Shown piece by piece: positions 1 to 10,687 of a stretch of DNA of 64,000 bases. Below the pieces are notes generated by a model. The model saw only the letters and a list, made by a program, of their open reading frames with translations. It was not told the DNA's origin and searched no databases. The position numbers were made by a program, and so were the translations under genes. Where the stretch lies: contig CAVQSP010000013.1 in the NCBI GenBank assembly GCA_963715985.1, positions 224,001-288,000 on the forward strand. Direction: 5' to 3'. Source of the DNA: an uncultured Thermoleophilia bacterium (lineage in GTDB: Bacteria; Actinomycetota; Thermoleophilia; UBA2241). Position 1 is the stretch's first letter. Every line of letters starts with the position of its first letter.

Positions 1-415
1 GGTCAGGGTGGCCTCTTCCTCGATCAGCCGGGCGACGATCTGCGCGGAATCGAGGGCCACGTCAACGCCCCAGCTGCGGTTGTACAGCCAGCGGTTGCGG
101 GGATTGCGGACGGCGGCGATGACCTTCTTCACCTTGTACTCGTTCTTGGCCAGCAGGCAGGCGACGAGGTTGTCCTCGTCGTCCCCCGTGGCGGCGACGA
201 ACACGTCGGCGCGGTCCGTGCCCGCCTCGAGCAGCACGCTGGGCTCGTCGGCGTCCCCCTGCAACACGGTGACTTCCGCCCAGCCGATGAACTCCTCGAC
301 CATGGCCTTGCAGCGCTGCGGCGTCCTGCTCGATGAGCGTCACGGTGTGCTCTTTGCTCACGTAGCGCGTGACGCGCCGGCCGAGCCTGCCGGCGCCGGC
401 AACGACGACTCTCAT
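1..415 (-). CDS. trkA: TrkA/RCK-family K+ uptake regulatory protein, second copy; runs off the left edge; apparent frameshift near 305-320
   Basis: MRVVVAGAGRLG (GxGxxG); continues in another frame as ...VLQGDADEPSVLLEAGTDRADVFVAATGDDEDNLVACLLAK...; ATG overlaps the upstream TGA. Confidence 0.85.
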
Positions 416-1065
416 CACTTCCACCCCATCATCTTCTGGAACGTGTCCACAGCGGATGTGTGCACCAGCACGTGCACCTGGTCGTCCTTCTCGAACGTGG
501 TTCCGGAGACCGGCAGGAACCCCCGGCCCATGCGCACGATGAGCGCGACGCGGATCTCACCGGGCACGCGGAGGTCGTTGACCGGCTTCCCGATGAAGTG
601 CTCCGGGACCCACGCGGCGAGCATCTGGATCTCGCCGTTGCCGAACGTGTGCTCGCGTTCCAGGTCGGCGCTGGTGATGAGCTCGATGATCTTGCTCGCG
701 CTCCAGGCCGTCGGCGCGAACGTCTGCACGCCGTACCGTCGGTAGATCTCGGCGCGCTGCGGGTCGTAGATGCGGCTGATCACATCCGGCACCCGGTAGA
801 CCTCCTTGGCGACACGCGCGGTCACGGCATTGGTGTTGTCGCCGGAGGTGGCCGCCACGAGCGCGTCCGCCTCGGCGATGCCGGCATCCTCCAGGACGGA
901 GCGCTCGAAGGCGTAGCCCTCAAGGGTGCGTCCACTGAAGCCGTGGGGCAGCAGGCGGAACGCCATGGGGTCCTTGTCGATGACCACGATGTCGTGGCCC
1001 TCGCGGGCGAGCGCGGCCGCGGTGTACGCCCCGACCCTGCCGCACCCGACGATGATGACCTTCAT
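415..1065 (-). CDS. trkA: TrkA/RCK-family K+ uptake regulatory protein
   Basis: MKVIIVGCGRVG, AATSGDNTN, RCK-N and RCK-C domains; ATG overlaps the ATPase stop codon. Confidence 0.92.
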   Translation of the reverse strand: MKVIIVGCGRVGAYTAAALAREGHDIVVIDKDPMAFRLLPHGFSGRTLEGYAFERSVLEDAGIAEADALVAATSGDNTNAVTARVAKEVYRVPDVISRIYDPQRAEIYRRYGVQTFAPTAWSASKIIELITSADLEREHTFGNGEIQMLAAWVPEHFIGKPVNDLRVPGEIRVALIVRMGRGFLPVSGTTFEKDDQVHVLVHTSAVDTFQKMMGWK

Positions 1066-4000
1066 CAGGCTGACTTCCTTTCGGTCGCGGTGAGGGCGGC
1101 AGGTGACGGAACCTTCCGGTGCCGCAGGAACCATTTTCTCGCCTCTTCGGCGAAGAACAAGACGACGGCCGAGATCACCAGGAAGATCCAATCGGCGAGC
1201 GTGAGCGGGCCGGTCTTGAAGATGTCGGCGATGAACGGCACGTAGGAGATGGCGAGGATGATGCCGATGCCGACGAGCTCGCCGATCACGAGGAAGCGGT
1301 TGGTGAAGAGGCCGACCTTGAAGAGCGACTCACGCTCGGTGCGGCAGCCGAAGCCGTTGGCCACCTGGCCGAACACGATGGCCGCCTGGGTCATGGTGAG
1401 GGCCTCCCGATAGACGGCGTAGTGGATGCTGGACGGGTCCATCCAGCTGGCGTCGCCCCAGGTCCAGCCGTGCGAAAGCAGCACGTACAGGAAGCCGGTG
1501 ATGGCGAAGACGGACTGGATCGCCCCGATGAATGCGACGCGGCGCAAGGTGGCTCCGCTGAGGAGGCGCTCGCTCCGCGCCCGTGGCGGCTGGTCCATGA
1601 CCCCCGGCTCCGGATGCTCGGTGCCCAGGGCGAGGCCGGGGAGGACGTCTGAGCCCAGGTCGATGGCCAGCACCTGCAGGGCGCCGAGAGGCACCAGGCC
1701 TACACCCCCGAGGGCGCAGAAGACGAAGGGGAAGAGTTCGGCCATGTTGTGCGAGAAGATGTAGGTGACCATCTTCTTGACGTTGGCGTACACCCCGCGC
1801 CCCTGCTCCACGGCCTTGATGATGCTGGCGAAGCTGTCGTCCAGCAGGATCATGGTGGCGGCCTCGCGCGAGACGTCTGTGCCCGTGAGACCCATGGCGA
1901 CGCCGATGTCGGCCTTCTTGAGGGCAGGGGCGTCGTTCACGCCGTCGCCGGTGACGGCGACGATCTGCCCCATATCCTTGAGAGCGGTCACGACCTGCAT
2001 CTTGTGCTCCGGCGCGACCCTCGCGAAGATCACGTCCTGCGGCTTCTGCAGCTCGGCCTTGAGGTCATTCTCGGTCATTGCTTCGAGGTCGACGCCGGTG
2101 ACGACGCGCACGTTCCTGTCCCCGCGGACGATGCCGATGCGGCGGGCGATGGCCTCGGCAGTCAACCCGTAGTCGCCCGTCACCATGATGATGCGGATGC
2201 CGGCCGTGAGGGCGTGCTCCACGGCCTCGCTCACCTCCGGCCGCGGCGGGTCGATCATGCCGACGAGACCGAGGAAGGTGAGGTCGGTCTCGACCGCGTC
2301 GGGAGCGTAGTCGGTGAGCTCGTTCGGCAGGTCGCGCTCGCACACCGCCAGCACGCGCAACGCCTGCCGCGACATCTCGTCGTTCTGCGCCACGATGCGC
2401 TCGCGCAGCTCGTCGGTCATGGCGACGACGTCGCCGTCCAGGCGCATGCGCGTGCAGCGCGACAGGGTCTCAGAGGGCGCGCCTTTGACGTAGGCCTTCT
2501 GGCCGTCGCCCTCCACGTGCACCACGGACATGCGCTTGCGCACCGACTCGAACGGCAGCTCGTAGATCTTGGGCCGTTCGATGAGCTCCGTCTGCAGGTC
2601 GAAGTCGGCCTTCTGTGCGGCGACGAGCAGGCAGCCCTCGGTGGGGTCACCGATCACGCGCCAGCCCTGGTCGTCCGACGGCGCCAGCACCTTGGCGTCG
2701 TTACAGAACGTCATGGCGCGCATCATCGGTTCGAGCTGCCGCCTGGCCTCCGTGCGGTCGAGCTCGGCGCCGTCCACGACGAACCCGCCGACAGGCTCGT
2801 AGCCGGCGCCGGTCACCTCGACGTCGCGCCCACCGACGGAGAGCGCCTTCACGGTCATCTCGGCCTTGGTGAGCGTGCCCGTCTTGTCGGTACAGATGAC
2901 GTTGGTGCACCCCAGCGTCTCCACGCTGGCGAGCTTCTTGATGAGCGCCTGGACCTTGGCCATGCGCTGCACGCCGATGGAGAGGGCCACGGACAGCGTC
3001 GCCGGCAGGCCCTCCGGCACCAGCGCCACCATCACACCGAGGGCGAACAGCAGCGCCGGGACGGCGCCGAAGTGGAAGACCAGGAGGGCCAGGACGAACA
3101 GCAGCACGCCGCAGAAGACGGCGATCATGGACACCGTCCGCGCCATGCGGTCGATCTCCTTGAGCAGCGGAGACCTCTCGTCGGAGACGCCGGCTGTGAG
3201 CGTGAAGATGCGCCCGAACTCGGTCTTGAGGCCGGTGTTGAACACGACCGCCCGCCCGGTGCCCGAGGCCACGCTCGTGCCCATGAAGACGAGGTTGGGC
3301 ATGTTGATGACGGCCAGCTCCTCTTCGAGGATGGGGTCGTCCGTCTTGCGCACCGCGTCCGACTCCCCCGTGAGGGCGATGTTGTTGGTCGAGAGCTCGT
3401 ACTGGCGCACGACGCGGGCGTCGGCGCTGATGCTGTCGCCCTCCTCCAGGACCAGCAGGTCGCCGGGGACCAGATCCTTGGCGGCGACCATGGTCACCTC
3501 GCCGTCACGCACCACTTTGGCGTTCGCAGGCACCAGCTTCTGCAACGCTTCGGTCGCCTTCTCGGCCCGGTACTCCTGGAAGAAGCCGATGATGCCGTTG
3601 AGGAGCACGACGCCGATGATGGCGACGGTGACGTTGATGTTGTCCTGGCGAGCCGAGCCGGTGGACAGCATGGCGGCGACGAAGACGAGGACCGCCGCCA
3701 CCTCGAGCATGATCGCGAAGAGCGACGTGAACTGGTCGAGGAACTTGTAGATGATCGGGCGGCTGACCTTGGCGGGCAGCACGTTGTGCCCGTACTGCTG
3801 CAGCCGCTTGAAGGCCTCGTCCTCAGTCAATCCCGCGGACGACGAGCCGAGGCGCTCGTAGACCTGGTCGTCGGGGAGCTGCCAGAGCTCGGCCGCCGGC
3901 GCGGGACCGGCCGGCCGGTCAGGCGCCGAGCCGGCCGGCCCGCTGCCGTTGCCGCCCGTCCGGTGGACGAGCGCCGGCGAAGCCGGGTCATCCTCGTCGG

Positions 4001-4067
4001 GCAGCATTGCCTGGACCCGTGAAGGGCGGATCTCCGCCCGTGTCGAGATGTGGTCATGCGGCGTCAA
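1065..4067 (-). CDS. Cation-translocating P-type ATPase, type II, Na+/K+-ATPase-like (P2C-like), about 1000 aa
   Basis: TGES, VALVPEGL, DKTGT, KGAP, TGD, GDGVNDAP, TM6 LAIDLGSDVLP; TTG start at 4067 inferred from a GGAGG RBS. Confidence 0.9.
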   Translation of the reverse strand: MTPHDHISTRAEIRPSRVQAMLPDEDDPASPALVHRTGGNGSGPAGSAPDRPAGPAPAAELWQLPDDQVYERLGSSSAGLTEDEAFKRLQQYGHNVLPAKVSRPIIYKFLDQFTSLFAIMLEVAAVLVFVAAMLSTGSARQDNINVTVAIIGVVLLNGIIGFFQEYRAEKATEALQKLVPANAKVVRDGEVTMVAAKDLVPGDLLVLEEGDSISADARVVRQYELSTNNIALTGESDAVRKTDDPILEEELAVINMPNLVFMGTSVASGTGRAVVFNTGLKTEFGRIFTLTAGVSDERSPLLKEIDRMARTVSMIAVFCGVLLFVLALLVFHFGAVPALLFALGVMVALVPEGLPATLSVALSIGVQRMAKVQALIKKLASVETLGCTNVICTDKTGTLTKAEMTVKALSVGGRDVEVTGAGYEPVGGFVVDGAELDRTEARRQLEPMMRAMTFCNDAKVLAPSDDQGWRVIGDPTEGCLLVAAQKADFDLQTELIERPKIYELPFESVRKRMSVVHVEGDGQKAYVKGAPSETLSRCTRMRLDGDVVAMTDELRERIVAQNDEMSRQALRVLAVCERDLPNELTDYAPDAVETDLTFLGLVGMIDPPRPEVSEAVEHALTAGIRIIMVTGDYGLTAEAIARRIGIVRGDRNVRVVTGVDLEAMTENDLKAELQKPQDVIFARVAPEHKMQVVTALKDMGQIVAVTGDGVNDAPALKKADIGVAMGLTGTDVSREAATMILLDDSFASIIKAVEQGRGVYANVKKMVTYIFSHNMAELFPFVFCALGGVGLVPLGALQVLAIDLGSDVLPGLALGTEHPEPGVMDQPPRARSERLLSGATLRRVAFIGAIQSVFAITGFLYVLLSHGWTWGDASWMDPSSIHYAVYREALTMTQAAIVFGQVANGFGCRTERESLFKVGLFTNRFLVIGELVGIGIILAISYVPFIADIFKTGPLTLADWIFLVISAVVLFFAEEARKWFLRHRKVPSPAALTATERKSA

Positions 4068-4127
4068 GCGTCGCCTCCATCTGCTGCCGCCTGATAGCGC
4101 AGGCGGAAACGGCACATACGACATCAG

Positions 4128-4192
4128 AGGGTAGCGAGCAGCCCGTGAACCCGGCGTGAAGCAGGGGCCCCGGACCCTCAAGAAGCCGTTAA
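4128..4192 (-). promoter_or_regulatory. Putative KdpE-box promoter P4, upstream of ATPase-trkA-trkA
   Basis: TTAACG-N5-TTGAGG-N15-TTCACG-N5-TTCACG-N10-TACCCT; same spacing as three other promoters in the locus. Confidence 0.75.
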
Positions 4193-5339
4193 GGCTCCGG
4201 CGCGCCTTGCTCGGATCTGCCACGATGAGGATGTCGACGTGCTCCATGTCCCGCATGAGCCGCATCACGAGCGGCGAGCCGCGCAGCACTTCGTTGGCGC
4301 GGCTCCGCTTTGACTGGCCGAGCACGATGAAGGTGGCGCGCTTCTGGCGTGCGAACTTCAGGATCTCCTCGGCGATCGAATCGCCGCTGAGCTCCACGGC
4401 ATGCCCGCCGAGCTCGTGGGTCAGATCGAACAGGCGCTTGAGCTCCTTCGTGTGGCCGGGCGACTGCGGCCCCTTGTGCACGTACACGACCCAGAAGGGG
4501 CCCCGGAAGCGGTGCGCCAGACGGTGACCACGGCGCACCAGCTTCGCCGCGACCTGGCCCGGCCGCAGGCAGACCACCACCCGCTCCTCCGTCGTCAACG
4601 GGCGCTCGGTCTCGCGGCCGGAGATGTAGCGCTCCAGGCTCTCGTCGACCTCCTCCGCGGCCTTGCGCAGCGCCAGCTCGCGGAGGGCGACCAGGTTCTC
4701 CTGCTTGAAGAAGTTGGCCAAGGCACCGGGCACCGTGCCGAGGTCGTAGATCACACCGCGCCGGAGCCTGTTGAGGAGGGCATTGGTGGTGAGGTCCACG
4801 AGGACGATCTCGTCGGCGCGGTCGAGCACGAAGTCCGGCACGGTCTCCTGGACACGCACACCCGTGATCTGGAGCACGGTGTCGCTGAGGCTCTCCACGT
4901 GCTGGATGTTGACGGTGGTCAGTACGTCGATGTCGGCGGCGAGGATCTCCTCCACGCTCTGCCAGCGCTTCTTGTGGGCGGTCCCGGGGATGTTGGTGTG
5001 CGCGAGCTCGTCAACGAGAGCCAGCGACGGCGCACGAGCGATGACCGCCGCGGTATCGAGCTCATCGAACGCTTTGCCGCGATACTCGAGGCGCTTGAGC
5101 GGCACCTGCTCCAGGCCCTCCGCCGCCTCTGCGGTCTCCTTGCGCCCGTGCGTCTCCACGAAACCGATGACCACGTCCTCGCCACGCGAGCATCGCCGCT
5201 GGGCTTCGGCCAGCATCATGTAGGTCTTGCCGACGCCCGGGGCGTAGCCAAGGAAGACCTTCAGGTGACCGCGCTTGCGGAGCGTGCGCAGCGACAGCAC
5301 CTCCGCCACATCGTTCGCGGCTGCCCGATCGTTCGCCAT
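4189..5339 (-). CDS. kdpD: KdpD N-terminal module (KdpD domain + USP); as sequenced it reads through into the ATPase
   Basis: GHLKVFLGYAPGVGKTY Walker A, ETHGR, LVDELAHTN, LRELALR, USP domain; out-of-frame TAA at 4189-4191. Confidence 0.88.
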
Positions 5340-5929
5340 CAGCGTCGGGCGACGATACCGCCGCCTGCCTGGTCCAGAGCCAGGTTCAGCGCCAGGACGT
5401 TGACGCGGGGCTCACCCAGGAATCCGAACTGCCGGCCGGTCGTGTGCGCCTCGATCAGCGCGAGCACCCGCGACACCTGCAGGTCTCGCGCTGCCGCGAC
5501 ACGTGGAGCCTGGGCGCGAGCGTTGGCGATGGTGATGTCCGGGTCGAGTCCGCTCGCCGACGTCGTCACCATGTCGATGGGCACCTGCCCGATCTTGAGT
5601 CCGGGGTTCGCCGTGGTCGCGGCAATCACATCTGCTCGTACCCTGTCACGCAAGACCCTGCTCGTCGGGCCGAGGTTGGAGGACGACGAGCTCATCGCGT
5701 CGTAGCCCGCGCCTGCGGCCGAGGGGCGCGGGTGGAAGTAGCCGGCGGCGCTGAACTCCTGGCCGATGAGCGACGAACCGATCGCCCTGCCGTTCACCTT
5801 CACGATGCTCCCGTTCGCCTTGCCCGGGAACAGGATCTGGGCCGCGCCCGTCATCGCGAAGGGATAGATGAGGCCGAGGACGACCGCCGTGACGATCAGC
5901 ATACGGAGCGCGATGAAGGTGGTGCGCAC
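5339..5929 (-). CDS. kdpC: K+-transporting ATPase subunit C
   Basis: GSSLIGQ, YFHPRPSA, SNLGP, TTSASGLDPDI, EPRVNVLALN. Confidence 0.96.
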   Translation of the reverse strand: MRTTFIALRMLIVTAVVLGLIYPFAMTGAAQILFPGKANGSIVKVNGRAIGSSLIGQEFSAAGYFHPRPSAAGAGYDAMSSSSSNLGPTSRVLRDRVRADVIAATTANPGLKIGQVPIDMVTTSASGLDPDITIANARAQAPRVAAARDLQVSRVLALIEAHTTGRQFGFLGEPRVNVLALNLALDQAGGGIVARR

Positions 5930-5939
5930 GACTCCCCTC

Positions 5940-8036
5940 CTATCCCGCGAGACCGAGGGCGACGAGGACGAGGTCTATGGCCTTGATGCCCACGAACGGT
6001 GCGATCACGCCTCCGAGGCCGTACACGAGCAGGTTGTAGCGAAGCAGTGCGGCGGCGCCGATGGGCCTGAACTTGACTCCGCGCAGGGCGAGCGGGATCA
6101 GGAGCACGATGATGATGGCGTTGAAGATCACCGCCGAGAGCACAGCACTGTGCGCCGAGTGCAGGCGCATCAGGTTGAGGGTCTCGAGCTGGGGGAACGC
6201 GACCATGAACATCGCCGGGATGATGGCGAAGTACTTGGCTACGTCGTTGGCGATGCTGAACGTGGTCAGAGCGCCGCGCGTTATGAGCAGCTGCTTGCCG
6301 ATCTCCACGATCTCGATGAGCTTGGTGGGATTGGAGTCGAGATCGACCATGTTGCCGGCCTCTTTGGCGGCCACGGTGCCGGAGTTCATGGCGACGCCCA
6401 CATCGGCCTGAGCCAGGGCCGGGGCGTCGTTGGTGCCGTCCCCCGTCATCGCCACGAGCTTGCCGTTCTGTTGCTCCCGCTTGATGAGCTCCATCTTGGT
6501 CTCCGGCGTCGCCTCGGCGAGGAAGTCGTCTACGCCCGCCTCCTCTGCGATGACCGCGGCCGTGAGGGGGTTGTCCCCGGTGATCATGACGGTGCGGATG
6601 CCCATGGCGCGGAGCTGGTCGAACCGCTCGCGGATGCCGCCCTTGACGATGTCCTTCAGCTGGACGACGCCGAGCGCTTTGTCGTCGCGCGCCACGGCCA
6701 GCGGGGTGCCGCCTTCGTTCGAGACGCCCCTCATGGCCGCCTCGAGCTCGGGGGGCACCTCGCCGCCACGACTGCGGACCCAGCTGACGACCGCGTCACC
6801 GGCGCCCTTGCGGATCGCGTGGCCGTCGATGTCGATCCCGCTCATGCGCGTCTGCGCCGTGAACTCGACGAAGACGGCGTGTTCGGGATCGATGTGGCGA
6901 GCCCTGATCCCATACTGCTTGGCGAGCACCACCACCGAACGGCCCTCGGGCGTCTCGTCGGCGAGTGACGCCAGTTGGGCCGCGTCCGCCAGCTCCTGCT
7001 CCGTGACGCCGGGCACGGGGAGAAAGGCCACCGCCTGGCGATTGCCGAGCGTGATCGTGCCCGTCTTGTCGAGCAGGAGCACATCCACGTCGCCGGCCGC
7101 CTCCACCGCGCGGCCGGACATCGCCAGCACGTTGTGCCGCACGAGGCGGTCCATGCCGGCGATGCCGATGGCGGACAGCAGGCCGCCGATGGTGGTCGGG
7201 ATGAGGCACACGAGGAGGGCGATGAGCACGGTGGGCGAGACCGGCGCGCCGCTGTACACGGCGTAGGGCTGCAGCGTGACGACGACGATGATGAAGATGA
7301 TCGTGAGCCCGGCGAGCAGGATGTTGAGGGCGATCTCGTTGGGCGTCTTCTGGCGCTCCGCGCCTTCGACGAGCGCGATCATGCGGTCGAGGAACGTCTC
7401 GCCCGGGTCCGAGGTGATCTCCACCACGATGCGGTCAGACAGCACGCGGGTGCCGCCGGTGACGGCGCTGCGGTCGCCGCCGCTCTCGCGGATGACCGGC
7501 GCCGATTCGCCCGTGATCGCCGACTCGTCCACCGAGGCGATGCCTTCGATGACCTCGCCGTCGCCGGGGATGATCTCGCCCGCCGTGACGACGACGACGT
7601 CGCCACGACGCAGCTGTGCGCTCGGCACCTGGGTGATCGTGCCGTCCACCCGAAGGTTGGCCAGCGTCTCGGTGCGCGTGCGGCGCAACGCCTCGGCCTG
7701 CGCCTTGCCGCGCCCTTCGGCCATGGCGGTGGCGAAGTTGGCGAACAGCACGGTGAACCAGAGCCAGGCGGAGACGGAGCCCACGAAGAAGAGGGGTCCG
7801 CCGCGGAACAGCTCGTCGAGAAACGCGATGGTGGTGATGACGCTCCCCACCTCCACCACGAACATGACGGGGTTGCGAGCCACGTCGCGGGGGTCGAGCT
7901 TGACGAACGAGCGGCCGATGGCGGGCCAGATCAGCTCCCGCATGGACGCCCGCTGCGGCTTGGGCGTCGAGCCACTCGGCACGATGTCCTGCTGCGTCCC
8001 CGCCTGCTCCGTCGGCTGCTCCATCCTGGTCGCCAT
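5940..8036 (-). CDS. kdpB: K+-transporting ATPase subunit B
   Basis: [45 protein letters not shown]. Confidence 0.98.
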   Translation of the reverse strand: MATRMEQPTEQAGTQQDIVPSGSTPKPQRASMRELIWPAIGRSFVKLDPRDVARNPVMFVVEVGSVITTIAFLDELFRGGPLFFVGSVSAWLWFTVLFANFATAMAEGRGKAQAEALRRTRTETLANLRVDGTITQVPSAQLRRGDVVVVTAGEIIPGDGEVIEGIASVDESAITGESAPVIRESGGDRSAVTGGTRVLSDRIVVEITSDPGETFLDRMIALVEGAERQKTPNEIALNILLAGLTIIFIIVVVTLQPYAVYSGAPVSPTVLIALLVCLIPTTIGGLLSAIGIAGMDRLVRHNVLAMSGRAVEAAGDVDVLLLDKTGTITLGNRQAVAFLPVPGVTEQELADAAQLASLADETPEGRSVVVLAKQYGIRARHIDPEHAVFVEFTAQTRMSGIDIDGHAIRKGAGDAVVSWVRSRGGEVPPELEAAMRGVSNEGGTPLAVARDDKALGVVQLKDIVKGGIRERFDQLRAMGIRTVMITGDNPLTAAVIAEEAGVDDFLAEATPETKMELIKREQQNGKLVAMTGDGTNDAPALAQADVGVAMNSGTVAAKEAGNMVDLDSNPTKLIEIVEIGKQLLITRGALTTFSIANDVAKYFAIIPAMFMVAFPQLETLNLMRLHSAHSAVLSAVIFNAIIIVLLIPLALRGVKFRPIGAAALLRYNLLVYGLGGVIAPFVGIKAIDLVLVALGLAG

Positions 8037-8046
8037 GCCCGCGCCT

Positions 8047-9771
8047 CTAGAAGACCTTGCCCGCGTGCATCAGGAGCTGCTCCAGGATCGGCCCCAGCGC
8101 GAGTGCGGGAAGGAAGGTGAGGGCGCCGACGATCAGGATCACACCCACGAGCAGCACGACGAAGATGCCCCCGGTCGTGGGGAACGTGCCGCTGGACTCG
8201 GGCACGTGCTTCTTGGCCGCCAGTGAGCTCGCCAGTGCCAGACACGGGATGATGAAGAAGAAGCGCCCCCAGAGCATGGCGAGGCCACCGAGCGTGGACC
8301 AGAACTTGCCGCTCACGGTCAGACCGGCGAACGCACTGCCGTTGTTGCCCGTCTGTGAGAAGGCCGCATACAGGATCTCCGACAGCCCGTGCGGCCCCTG
8401 GTTGAGGATCGCGTCCCTGCCTGCGGGGACCACGCTCGCCAGCGCAGAGAGGCCCAGCGCCGCGACGCTGAAGTAGAGCACGGCGAGCACGGCCAGCTTC
8501 ATCTCCCGGGCCTCGATCTTCTTGCCGAGGTACTCCGGCGTTCGGCCCACCATGAGGCCCGCGATGAAGACCGCGAGGATCGCCATGACCAGGAGGCCCA
8601 TCAGACCGACACCGACTCCCCCGAAGACCACCTCGCCGAGCGCGATGTTGAGCATCGCCATGCCTCCGGCGAGCGGGGTGAGACTGTCGTGCGAGGTGTT
8701 CACGGCGCCGGTGGACGTGTCCGTGGTGATGTTCGCCCAGAGGGCGGAGTTGGCGATGCCGAAACGCACCTCCTTGCCCTCCTGGTTGCCGCCGGACTGG
8801 GTCGACGTCAACGCCTGGTTCGCGCCCTGTGCGGTGAGGATGGGATTGCCCGCCTGCTCGCTCCAGTACATGACCGCGACGCCCATGACGAGGAGCGCGC
8901 CGGCGGCGGCGAACAGCGCCCATCCCTGCCGCTGGTTGCCGGCGAACCGTCCGAACGTGTACGTGAGCGCGGCCGGGATGGCGAGGATCGCCAGCATCTC
9001 GATGAGGTTCGTGAGCGGCGTCGGATTCTCGTACGGGTGCGCCGAGTTGGCGTTGTAGGAACCGCCGCCGTTCGTCCCCAGCTCCTTGATGATCTCCTGC
9101 GAGGCGAACGGGCCCTGCGCGATCGTCTGCGTCACGCCCTGGACGGTGAGGGCTTTGGTGGGCGCGTTCAGGTTCTGCACGACGCCCTGCGAGACCAGCA
9201 CCAGCCCGCCGACGATGGAGATGGGCAGCAGGATCCAGACGATGCTGCGCGTGAGGTCGACCCAGAAGTTGCCCAGCTCCTTCGTGGTGTGCCGCGTCAG
9301 CCCGCGGATGAAGGCGACGGCGACGGCCATCCCGATCGCGGCCGAGACGAAGTTCTCGCGGGCGAGGCCGAGCATCTGCGTCAGGTAGCTGACCGACGTC
9401 TCCGGGACGTAGACCTGCCAGTTCGTATTGGTCGAGAAACTCACGGCCGTGTTGAACGCGACCCAGGGATCCATGCCGGGGACGTGCGCCGGGTTCAGGG
9501 GCAGGTGGCCCTGGAGGCGGAGCAGGACGTAGAGGAAGAGGAGGATGACGAGGTTGAACACGAGAACGGCGACGACGTACCCCCCAACGCCCATCTCGCG
9601 CTTCTCGTCCACACCGGCAAGTCGGTAGATGAGGCGCTCGACCGGGCGGGCGACGGGGTCGAGGAACGTCCGCTCGCCGCGGTAGACGTGCGCCATGTAG
9701 ACGCCGAGTGGCTTGGTGACCAGCACCACCAGCACGAGCAGGATGACGATCTGGAGGATCTCCCAGGCCAT
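8047..9771 (-). CDS. kdpA: K+-transporting ATPase subunit A
   Basis: Filter motifs TNTNWQ, GTNGGG, TSTGAV, GNNGSAF; also EGKEVRFG and [12 protein letters not shown]. Confidence 0.98.
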   Translation of the reverse strand: MAWEILQIVILLVLVVLVTKPLGVYMAHVYRGERTFLDPVARPVERLIYRLAGVDEKREMGVGGYVVAVLVFNLVILLFLYVLLRLQGHLPLNPAHVPGMDPWVAFNTAVSFSTNTNWQVYVPETSVSYLTQMLGLARENFVSAAIGMAVAVAFIRGLTRHTTKELGNFWVDLTRSIVWILLPISIVGGLVLVSQGVVQNLNAPTKALTVQGVTQTIAQGPFASQEIIKELGTNGGGSYNANSAHPYENPTPLTNLIEMLAILAIPAALTYTFGRFAGNQRQGWALFAAAGALLVMGVAVMYWSEQAGNPILTAQGANQALTSTQSGGNQEGKEVRFGIANSALWANITTDTSTGAVNTSHDSLTPLAGGMAMLNIALGEVVFGGVGVGLMGLLVMAILAVFIAGLMVGRTPEYLGKKIEAREMKLAVLAVLYFSVAALGLSALASVVPAGRDAILNQGPHGLSEILYAAFSQTGNNGSAFAGLTVSGKFWSTLGGLAMLWGRFFFIIPCLALASSLAAKKHVPESSGTFPTTGGIFVVLLVGVILIVGALTFLPALALGPILEQLLMHAGKVF

Positions 9772-9777
9772 GGCGTC

Positions 9778-9867
9778 TCAGAACTTCTCCGGCCGCAACA
9801 GGGCGTAGAAGACATAGGCCGCGAGGCACGCCGCGACGATCAGGAGGACGATGTTGATGGCGCTCAT
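9778..9867 (-). CDS. kdpF: KdpF small subunit, 29 aa
   Basis: MSAINIVLLIVAACLAAYVFYALLRPEKF has the KdpF C-terminal Y..YALL.PE.F pattern; directly upstream of kdpA. Confidence 0.92.
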   Translation of the reverse strand: MSAINIVLLIVAACLAAYVFYALLRPEKF

Positions 9868-9875
9868 CGGGACCC

Positions 9876-9959
9876 TCAGAGCCGCGGCGCCACACGGGCG
9901 TACGCCGCCGCGGCCAGGAAGAAGACGAGCACGAGCGCGATGAAGGCGAGGTCTCCCAT
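9876..9959 (-). CDS. 27-aa hydrophobic peptide upstream of kdpF
   Basis: MGDLAFIALVLVFFLAAAAYARVAPRL; fits the gap before kdpF; GC3-rich codons. Confidence 0.7.
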   Translation of the reverse strand: MGDLAFIALVLVFFLAAAAYARVAPRL

Positions 9960-9983
9960 AGCATGCTGCGGTCCGGAGGCGGG

Positions 9984-10227
9984 TCAGACGTGCTTCTCGC
10001 GCAGCGCGCTTGCCTTCTCGCGCGCGACGCGAGCTGTCTGCGGACTGCGCCGCTGTGGTCGCGGTGAGATGACGAGGACCGATACCGGCGTCTCGATCGC
10101 GCCGCTGCCGGCGCAGGTGGACCTGCTCACGCACGCCGGCCTGGATCGCCCACGCCAGAATGCCGACGGCCAGCATCACGGCAGCGATCATGACGATCTC
10201 GATGAGGATCTCTCCAACCAGCATCAT
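9984..10227 (-). CDS. Small single-TM protein, paralog C (about 80 aa if one extra base is removed; as sequenced it reads into kdpF)
   Basis: MMLVGEILIEIVMIAAVMLAVGILAWAIQAGVREQ...; AGGAGG RBS; follows promoter P3. Confidence 0.7.
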
Positions 10228-10275
10228 GTCGGCCTCCTGGGTGGTCCACTGGCGTGGCGTGACTGCTACACAGGG

Positions 10276-10340
10276 ACCGTACCCGGGGCTGCCTTAAGGA
10301 GCCGTGAACGAGCCTCCGACCCTCATTAAGACTCCGTGTA
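10276..10340 (-). promoter_or_regulatory. Putative KdpE-box promoter P3, upstream of paralog C and kdpFABC
   Basis: TACACG-N5-TTAATG-N15-TTCACG-N5-TTAAGG-N10-TACGGT. Confidence 0.78.
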
Positions 10341-10422
10341 GGCTTGCGGCGGTCAAGCCAGCCGGGCTGGAGAGCTAAGCCGCGGCGTCAGCTTCGACAC
10401 GCGGCGCAGGGTGGTGGAGCGT

Positions 10423-10641
10423 CTAGGGACGCGACAGCCAGTGGGGAAGAAGCAGCGCAACGCGCCGGCCGAGAGGCGACGGCGTCGAGGCTACCGCGCG
10501 TGGGGACTTCCGCCTTCTGCCGGGCCGCGTCCTGGGCGACGTCTCGACAAGAGTCACGCGCAACAGGTACACAATGAAGACGACCGCGGCGACGACAGCG
10601 GCGATCACCACGATTCCGCTCACGATCGAGTACAGTTCCAT
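10423..10641 (-). CDS. Small single-TM protein, paralog B, 72 aa
   Basis: MELYSIVSGIVVIAAVVAAVVFIVYLLRVTLVE plus an Arg-rich tail; AGGGGG RBS; follows promoter P2. Confidence 0.72.
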   Translation of the reverse strand: MELYSIVSGIVVIAAVVAAVVFIVYLLRVTLVETSPRTRPGRRRKSPRAVASTPSPLGRRVALLLPHWLSRP

Positions 10642-10687
10642 GACAACGACCCCCTGGGGAGCGCCTGAACAGCATGCCTATGCTCCG

